This document shows positions 58,062 through 64,000 of a DNA stretch of 64,000 nt, in pieces. Source of the DNA: Parcubacteria bacterium C7867-006 (GTDB lineage: Bacteria > Patescibacteriota > Minisyncoccia > Phycocordibacterales > DATDWN01); the NCBI GenBank assembly GCA_001189155.1, contig LFCP01000001.1, positions 147,779 through 211,778 of the forward strand. The letters run 5' to 3'. Position 1 is the first letter of the stretch. Each line of letters starts with the position of its first letter. The notes beneath the pieces are model-generated. The model searched no databases, had not been told where the DNA came from, and worked only from the letters and a program-made list of their open reading frames with translations. Both the position numbers and the translations under genes were made by a program.

Positions 58062-59333
58062 CTATTTTTTATTAGCGATTTCTTCTTTTAACTTTGCAAG
58101 AAGTTCTTCTGCTCCCATCTGTCCTAACTGGCCCGCATCTCTTGACTCTAGGGTTACTTTGCCAGCTTCAACTTCTTTATCTCCTAGTACAATCCAATAC
58201 GGTATTTTATTTGTTTTAGCGTCACGAACTTTTGTACCAAGGTTTTCATCGGCAAGATCTATTTCAGAACGAATTCCTGCTTCAATAAGCATCTGGTTAA
58301 TTTTTTGCGCGTACTCATTATGGTTTTCTCGAACAGGAATAACTTTGACCTGAGTAGGTGATAACCATAGCGGGAAAGAGCCTTTGTAGTGTTCGATGAT
58401 AAAGGCCATCACTCTCTCGATAGCTCCGATAGATGATCGGTGTACGACAACAGCCTGTTGCTCAGAGCCATCTTTTGCTGTGTAAACAAGGTTAAATCTT
58501 TTTGGCATAACAAAGTCGTACTGAACAGTGAAAGCTGTATTTTCGATACCTCGAACATCTTTCATTTGGATGTCTATCTTTGGTCCATAGAAAGCGGCTT
58601 CGTCTTTTGCTTCGTTAAACTTTACTCCTTGTCCTTGTAGTACTTCTCTTAGAATTCCTTCAGATTTTTCCCAGGCATCATCATCTTTGTAATACTTTTT
58701 ATCATCAGCTCTGTCGCCAAGAGAAAGCCTGTACCAGAAATCCTCACCCTTTTTTAGTCCAAAAGTTCCAGCTACTTCTTCGATAAGATCTAGAACATTT
58801 TTTACTTCTTCTTTTGCTTGCTCGTCATCCGCACAGATAATGTGTGAGTCGGCAAGACAGAATGAACGTACTCGAACAAGTCCAGATAGGTTTCCAGAAG
58901 CTTCGTATCGGTAAAGTTTTGCTATCTCGGCGATACGCATAGGTAGCTCTCTATATGAGTGAGGCTTTGAAAGGTAGAGCTCAAAATGATGAGGACAAGT
59001 CATTGGTCGGAGCATAAACTCTTCGTCATCCACAACGATAGGAGAGTACATAGTGTCTTTGTAGTATGGATAGTGTCCAGACTTTTTGTACAAATCAATC
59101 TTTGCAATATCAGGAGTCGTTACGTGTTTATATCCACGTTTGATTTCTAGATCTACAACAAACCTTTCTAGTTCACGTCGTATAGTTGTACCTTTTTCGG
59201 TGTATAGTGGGAGACCTTTTCCAACTGTATCTGAGAATACAAATAATCCTAATTCCTTACCAATGACTCGGTGGTCATTTTTGTCCATCTCATTGTTTTT
59301 GTCATTTTCCATAGTAAATACAGCATACCACAA
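58062..59333 (-). CDS. thrS: Threonyl-tRNA synthetase, catalytic plus anticodon-binding domains only (no N-terminal editing domain)
   Basis: DHRVIGKELGLF, class-II motifs, C-terminal anticodon-binding domain; 423 aa. Confidence 0.8.
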   Translation of the reverse strand: MWYAVFTMENDKNNEMDKNDHRVIGKELGLFVFSDTVGKGLPLYTEKGTTIRRELERFVVDLEIKRGYKHVTTPDIAKIDLYKKSGHYPYYKDTMYSPIVVDDEEFMLRPMTCPHHFELYLSKPHSYRELPMRIAEIAKLYRYEASGNLSGLVRVRSFCLADSHIICADDEQAKEEVKNVLDLIEEVAGTFGLKKGEDFWYRLSLGDRADDKKYYKDDDAWEKSEGILREVLQGQGVKFNEAKDEAAFYGPKIDIQMKDVRGIENTAFTVQYDFVMPKRFNLVYTAKDGSEQQAVVVHRSSIGAIERVMAFIIEHYKGSFPLWLSPTQVKVIPVRENHNEYAQKINQMLIEAGIRSEIDLADENLGTKVRDAKTNKIPYWIVLGDKEVEAGKVTLESRDAGQLGQMGAEELLAKLKEEIANKK

Positions 59334-59404
59334 CTAGTAGAAAATTGAATTGTATTGACGTTTACTACTTATTATGTGAGAGTTATTTATGGAGGACCAG
59401 AAAG

Positions 59405-59608
59405 ATGAAGACTCTGAATCTCAGCCAGACTGGTCGTGCTATGGTGACGACGGCGTTGATGTACTTTCTCTTCATCGCTGTCGCGATCACACTACTCCTC
59501 AGTATCGGGACGTTGGGGTGGTACCTGTTTCTGGCCGTGGTTATCGCTTTCGCGGCCTTGAGGGCCTACAGCGACTGGGACAGGAGGAACTGGAGGGGGT
59601 TTTTCTAA
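59405..59608 (+). CDS. Small two-TM membrane protein (GC-rich cassette F, 67 aa)
   Basis: GGAGG (59391-95) lies 9 nt before the ATG. Product is MKTLNLSQTGRAMVTTALMYFLFIAVAITLLLSIGTLGWYLFLAVVIAFAALRAYSDWDRRNWRGFF. An upstream TTGACG (59355-60) may be its -35. Confidence 0.5.
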   Translation: MKTLNLSQTGRAMVTTALMYFLFIAVAITLLLSIGTLGWYLFLAVVIAFAALRAYSDWDRRNWRGFF

Positions 59609-59618
59609 TCCTTCTCCA

Positions 59619-59660
59619 TAGGGCTACCCGCGATTTCGTCGCTGGTAGCCCTTCAGCTTT
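59619..59660 (+). terminator. Intrinsic terminator of cassette F
   Basis: agggctaccc-gcgatttcgtcgc-tggtagccct followed by tcagctttt. Confidence 0.6.
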
Positions 59661-59835
59661 TATTGTGATTTTTGTCAGTGGAGGAAATAGTTTTTGAGAA
59701 ACATCCGCAGACGCCGAGCTTGGCGTTGTCAACGACCCGAGTATAACGAGGGCTCTTGACGACAAGGCGTTGAGGACAGAATGAGGCTTCCGTTGGAAGA
59801 AGCCGAATGTTTTCGAAAAACTATTTCTGAAACTT

Positions 59836-62800
59836 CTATTCCAACAATTTTACTTTATCAACCAAAATACTTTTTTCTCCATTTCTTAGAGAAAAAGTGC
59901 CTTTTATAACCACACAGCTTTCTGGTATTAATATATCTTGAAACTCTTCAAATATTTTTGGAAACGCAACTCCTTCAATTGTGTCAGTTAGATCTGATAT
60001 TTTTAAGAAAACCATTTTGTCTCCCTTTTTTGTGACGACAGGTTTTACCTCATCTATTATTCCACCAAAAACTATTGGCTGTTTTTCTTTTCCAGTTTCT
60101 TTTAATTTTTTAATATTATTTTCTCTACCTTCTAGTTTTTCTCGGAAAGATTCAAGTGGGTGTCCAGAAATATAGAGTCCAAGAAGTTCTTTTTCCCAAA
60201 GTAGTTTATCTGCAGAATTGCCGTGAGATGCTTTTTCTAAATCAATTTCTGTGACTTCTCCACTATTTATCATTCCACCGAAAAGAGAGTCTTGATCAGA
60301 TTCTTTTGCTCTTTCTTCTTTGTTAAAAGCCAACAGTCTATCTAGATTGTGAAGTAGAGTAAATCTGTATTGATCTTTGTCATCAGTATCTTTTGCTAGA
60401 GAGTCTAACGCCCCTGTTTTTATGAGGGATTCCATTGATTTTTTATTTAGGTTTTTGTCTTTTATGCGACTTAGGAAATCAGAAAGAGATTTGAATGGTC
60501 CATTTGCCTTTCTTTCGTCTATGATTGATGTGGCTATTCCTTCACCAAAATTTTTTATTGTAGAAAGTCCAAAACGGATAGTATCTATCTCCCCAGGATT
60601 TTTCGCCTTGTTTACTCCAAACCCTTCAAAAGAAAAGTTAACGTCTGGAGGAAGAACAGGTATGTTCATATGTTTACACTCACCGATTATTTCGGCAATC
60701 ATATCTGTGTCGCCAGATTCTGCTGTAAGAACAGCTGACATATATATAGCAGGGAAGTTGGCTTTCATATATGCGGTTTGATACGCGACACGTCCATAAC
60801 TCGCAGCGTGAGCTTTGTTGAAACCGTAACCCTGAAAAGGTTCAAACAAGAGCCATAGCTCTTCCGCTTTTTTCTCAGTCATTCCACCAAACTTTTGACA
60901 ACCCTCAACGAACTTCACATGTTGCTTCTTCATTTCCTCTGGGATTTTCTTTCCAACAGCTTTTCGGAATTTATCCACTTCACCCCAGTCGTAACCAGCT
61001 ATTTCAATGGCGGTATAGAGTAGGTCGTCCTGGTAAACAAGCACTCCAAAAGTTCTATCCAAAAAGTTTTTCATTTTTGGGTGTAGATATGTCACAGGTT
61101 TTTTGCCGTGCTTTCGCGCGATGTACTCGTTTATGTTATCCATCGGACCCGGTCGGTAAAGCGCCACCATCACGTTTATGTCGTGGATAGTTGTTGGCTT
61201 GAGTTCCTTCAGGGCCCGAGTCATTCCATCTCCATTTAGTTGGAAAAGTCCAATAGTTTCTCCTCGAGCCAGCATTTCAAAAGTTTTTTTATCATCTACT
61301 GGAACTGTATCCATATCAACATCTATTCCTTCTACTTTTTTTGTAATTTTTACAGCATCAGCCAATATTGATAGGTTTCTGATTCCAAGGAAGTCGAATT
61401 TTAGTAGCCCTACTCCGTCTTCACCAACAGCATGCATATCGTATTGAGTAATGATTTTGTTATCTCCTTTTGTATCGTACTGTAGTGGTACGTAGTCGGT
61501 AAGTGGAGTAGGTGAGATAACAACGCCAGCAGCGTGCACGGAGATATGGCGGGCACAACCTTCGATTTTTTTAGCCATATCAATTATTTTTTTTACGTCT
61601 TCATCGTCCGTATACATTTTTTTGAGTTCTGGATTTTCTTTTAAAGCTCTTTCGATTGTCATAGGGAATCCTTGTGCCCCCATTGGAATTGCCTTTGCAA
61701 TAGAGTCTCCAAGGCTGTATGGAAAACCAAGTGCGCGAGTTACATCACGAACAGAACCACGAGCAGCCATGGTACCGAACGTACCTATTTGAGCTACCTT
61801 ATCAATCCCATATTTTCCACGAGCATAGTCTATTACCTCGTCACGTCTGTTATCAGCAAAATCCATATCGATATCAGGAGCAGATGGTCTAGATGGATTG
61901 AGAAATCGCTCGAAAGGCAAATAGTATTCAATAGGATCTACATTTGTAATTCTAGTTAGATATGTTGTAAGGGAGCCTGCAACTGAACCTCGGATGTTTG
62001 TTAGTATTCCATGATCGTGGGCATAGTGCAGAAGATCGGACACAACGAGGAAATATGGAGCATAACCTTTATCTCTAATAACTTTTAATTCGTATTCTAA
62101 CCTCTCTATATATTCTGGAGTTTGTTTTAGATTTCTTTTTTCAAAACCTTCATACGCAATTTTTTTGAGTTCATCATCGTAAGACAAACCACTTTCAACA
62201 ATATAGTTTGGTAGGAACCATTTTCCAATAGATATTTCTAGATTACACCTATCAGCTATTTTTACTGTATTTTCTAGAGCTTCGGGTGTATCTTTGAAAA
62301 TTTTTTCAGCTTGTTTTTGAGTTATGAAAGAAAAGTCTTCATCACTTTCTTCTATTTTGTCATCATGTTGTGACTGAATAGAAAGTAGAGTTTGTCTGGC
62401 TATGCGGTCTTCTGAGCTTAGATAATAAACATCTTGAGCACCAACAATAGGTGTATTTGTATTTTTTGCAAATTGTATTATTTTTTTTGTATTTTCTTCA
62501 GTACCTTTTATTTCTGGATGGTGAGTTATTTCAAAATAAAGGTTTGGACCATCTTCGGTATCAGGAAAAGTTTTTTTATACCAAGACAACCTTTCATCTG
62601 CCTGTTCTGTATTTGAAAGTTGAAGAGATTTCGGTATGTCGCCACTCAAAGAAGGTATTATAGCAATAAGTCCCTCGTTGTATTTTTCTAAAAGTTCTCG
62701 GTCAATACGAGGTTTGTAGTAGAAACCTTCAAGATGGGCAAGAGTTACTAGCTTAATTAGATTTTTATACCCCGTATCATTTTTTGCTAGTAAGATTAGT

Positions 62801-63069
62801 CTGTATCTTTCTTTATCAATTCCAGATTGTTTATCTAGTCGGCTTCTATACGCAACATAAGCATCAATACCTATTATAGGTTTGATCTCTTTTTTCTTGC
62901 ACTTTTGGTAAAACTCTATCGCACCATATAAGTTGCAGTTATCAGTTAGAGCTATAGCAGTCTGTCCGTCTTTTACTGCTGCATCTATAAGGTCTGGGAT
63001 TTTTGGCAGAGCATTAAGTAGGGAATAATGAGAGTGGGTGTGAAGATGAATAAACTTTGAATCTGCCAT
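59836..63069 (-). CDS. dnaE: DNA polymerase III alpha subunit
   Basis: PHP domain (HLHTHSHYSLL) at the N-terminus, 1077 aa, OB-fold C-terminus. Confidence 0.9.
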   Translation of the reverse strand: MADSKFIHLHTHSHYSLLNALPKIPDLIDAAVKDGQTAIALTDNCNLYGAIEFYQKCKKKEIKPIIGIDAYVAYRSRLDKQSGIDKERYRLILLAKNDTGYKNLIKLVTLAHLEGFYYKPRIDRELLEKYNEGLIAIIPSLSGDIPKSLQLSNTEQADERLSWYKKTFPDTEDGPNLYFEITHHPEIKGTEENTKKIIQFAKNTNTPIVGAQDVYYLSSEDRIARQTLLSIQSQHDDKIEESDEDFSFITQKQAEKIFKDTPEALENTVKIADRCNLEISIGKWFLPNYIVESGLSYDDELKKIAYEGFEKRNLKQTPEYIERLEYELKVIRDKGYAPYFLVVSDLLHYAHDHGILTNIRGSVAGSLTTYLTRITNVDPIEYYLPFERFLNPSRPSAPDIDMDFADNRRDEVIDYARGKYGIDKVAQIGTFGTMAARGSVRDVTRALGFPYSLGDSIAKAIPMGAQGFPMTIERALKENPELKKMYTDDEDVKKIIDMAKKIEGCARHISVHAAGVVISPTPLTDYVPLQYDTKGDNKIITQYDMHAVGEDGVGLLKFDFLGIRNLSILADAVKITKKVEGIDVDMDTVPVDDKKTFEMLARGETIGLFQLNGDGMTRALKELKPTTIHDINVMVALYRPGPMDNINEYIARKHGKKPVTYLHPKMKNFLDRTFGVLVYQDDLLYTAIEIAGYDWGEVDKFRKAVGKKIPEEMKKQHVKFVEGCQKFGGMTEKKAEELWLLFEPFQGYGFNKAHAASYGRVAYQTAYMKANFPAIYMSAVLTAESGDTDMIAEIIGECKHMNIPVLPPDVNFSFEGFGVNKAKNPGEIDTIRFGLSTIKNFGEGIATSIIDERKANGPFKSLSDFLSRIKDKNLNKKSMESLIKTGALDSLAKDTDDKDQYRFTLLHNLDRLLAFNKEERAKESDQDSLFGGMINSGEVTEIDLEKASHGNSADKLLWEKELLGLYISGHPLESFREKLEGRENNIKKLKETGKEKQPIVFGGIIDEVKPVVTKKGDKMVFLKISDLTDTIEGVAFPKIFEEFQDILIPESCVVIKGTFSLRNGEKSILVDKVKLLE

Positions 63070-63119
63070 ATGTGCGAGTCATTATAGCACAGCCTAAAAT
63101 CAGTGATAATTAATAAAAA

Positions 63120-63148
63120 TTGACAATGTTTTAATGGTATAACATAAT
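63120..63148 (+). promoter_or_regulatory. Sigma70-like promoter of GC-rich cassette G
   Basis: TTGACA (63120-25), a 17-nt spacer, then CATAAT (63143-48). Confidence 0.55.
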
Positions 63149-63173
63149 CAAAAAAGATCATTTGCGGGGTGCT

Positions 63174-63347
63174 ATGGGAGAAATCGTTCACGAAGTCCGT
63201 TGGCAAGTTCAGAACAACAGAAAGAATCTTCTGGAGTTCGGTGCAGTAATTGTGGTAATCCTTTTCACTGTTGCCGTGATTCTAGCTCCAGTTTTTGAGT
63301 TTGCGATAGGACTCGCAGCTTATATGGAAAGGAGGTTCTGGGGGTGA
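63174..63347 (+). CDS. Small membrane protein G1 (GC-rich cassette G)
   Basis: GGGG lies before the ATG at 63174 (the track uses a TTG at 63162). Product is MGEIVHEVRWQVQNNRKNLLEFGAVIVVILFTVAVILAPVFEFAIGLAAYMERRFWG. Confidence 0.5.
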   Translation: MGEIVHEVRWQVQNNRKNLLEFGAVIVVILFTVAVILAPVFEFAIGLAAYMERRFWG

Positions 63348-63592
63348 GCTTCATACACAAGGAAAGCCAGATCGGATCGGTTGCAATCATTGTCGGGTTG
63401 GTCTTCCTAGTCGCTGTTCTTGTCGGGTTATCCTCTAGTGCTGAGGAGCCTGTTCGAGCGACACTCTTGGGGATCTGTATCGCGTTTGCGATAACAGACC
63501 TTGCTCTGGTGCCCTATGTCTTCCAGAGTTTTCTTTTTTGGTGGCAACGCCGAAAAGAAGATAAGGAAGATGAAATGAGAAGGTACTGTTGA
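63344..63592 (+). CDS. Small two-TM membrane protein G2, translationally coupled to G1
   Basis: The GTG start overlaps the G1 TGA (GTGA), and GGAGG lies 8 nt upstream. Product is MSFIHKESQIGSVAIIVGLVFLVAVLVGLSSSAEEPVRATLLGICIAFAITDLALVPYVFQSFLFWWQRRKEDKEDEMRRYC. Confidence 0.5.
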   Translation: MSFIHKESQIGSVAIIVGLVFLVAVLVGLSSSAEEPVRATLLGICIAFAITDLALVPYVFQSFLFWWQRRKEDKEDEMRRYC

Positions 63593-63607
63593 GTTACCAA
63601 GTCGTTC

Positions 63608-63644
63608 AAGGGGTCACCGTGCTGAGCACAGTGACCCCTTTTAG
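63608..63644 (+). terminator. Strong intrinsic terminator of cassette G
   Basis: aaggggtcaccgtg-ctgag-cacagtgacccctt followed by ttagt. Confidence 0.7.
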
Positions 63645-63661
63645 TATGTTAAAATCTTTGT

Positions 63662-64000
63662 ATGAAAATTGTCGGTATAGATGAAGTTGGTCGAGGACCC
63701 CTAGCTGGACCAGTTACAGTCTGTGCAGTTTCCTGTGATGAAAAAATATATAAATCTCTTTTTAAAAATAAAAATCTTCCAGCTTTAGGAAAAGATAGTA
63801 AAAAATTAAAAGAAAAAGACCGTGAATTTTATAACAAATATTTAAAAAAATTATCAAAAGAAGGGGTTATTGATTATCAGGTCGTTCACATATCAAATCT
63901 AGTAATAGATAAAAAGGGTATTTCTTATTCAATAAAAAAAGCTATACAGACTTCAATTTATAAGCTTAAAATAGACAAAAATTCAAAAATTCTTTTAGAT
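63662..64000 (+). CDS. rnhB: Ribonuclease HII (5' part; continues beyond the window)
   Basis: MKIVGIDEVGRGPLAGPVTVCAVSCDE... Confidence 0.75.
   Translation, partial: MKIVGIDEVGRGPLAGPVTVCAVSCDEKIYKSLFKNKNLPALGKDSKKLKEKDREFYNKYLKKLSKEGVIDYQVVHISNLVIDKKGISYSIKKAIQTSIYKLKIDKNSKILLD

Noticed and set aside
59389-59765. ORFs 59389..59697 (plus) and 59541..59765 (minus)
   Set aside because: Overlap the SD-supported cassette F gene in other frames or antisense; Ser/Pro/Arg-rich low-complexity translations typical of GC-rich spurious ORFs.
1-64000. Search for CRISPR arrays, rRNA, transposases or integrases, prophage
   Set aside because: No direct-repeat/spacer arrays, no rRNA-like conserved blocks, and no transposase/integrase/recombinase-like ORFs were seen. 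The GC-rich cassettes lack recognisable mobility genes.

Overview
This window reads as a dense, low-GC (~1/3 GC by eye), streamlined bacterial chromosome segment with a Patescibacteria/CPR-like character: short EF-Ts, split transketolase, N-terminally truncated ThrRS, and tRNA genes without an encoded CCA. Most of it is housekeeping. Recognisable genes include dnaE, gyrB, pheS/pheT, thrS, prfA, rpsB, tsf, rpmE, rplY, nrdA/nrdB, gap, fba, rpiB, an rpe-like gene, split tkt, rnj, secG, mscL, tsaC and the start of rnhB. There is a MarR/HlyD/MFS efflux operon, a mannoside-utilisation cluster (PMM, cupin, two tandem-domain GH130 phosphorylases, a transporter), a LemA-TPM-GGDEF trio, and four tRNAs (Gln-CUG, Ser-GGA, Gly-CCC, Thr-UGU). 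The stand-out anomaly is a set of seven compositionally foreign, GC-rich (~50-60% by eye) mini-cassettes at 12.3, 30.4, 41.0, 43.4, 47.4, 59.4 and 63.2 kb. They are wedged into intergenic spacers between conserved housekeeping genes. Each carries its own sigma70-like -35/-10 promoter (one is the perfect TTGACA-N17-TATAAT consensus), a strong Shine-Dalgarno, one or two small ORFs (zinc ribbon, small membrane/secreted proteins, small acidic/helical proteins) and a rho-independent terminator hairpin. I could not assign any of these small proteins to a known family from sequence alone. They look like an autonomous, possibly mobile or engineered, small-gene cassette family rather than native genes or structured RNAs. 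The pheS gene has an internal ~120-nt deletion plus frameshift that removes class-II motif 1. A perfect 18-bp inverted repeat lies upstream of nrdA. No CRISPR array, rRNA or recognisable transposase/integrase was found.
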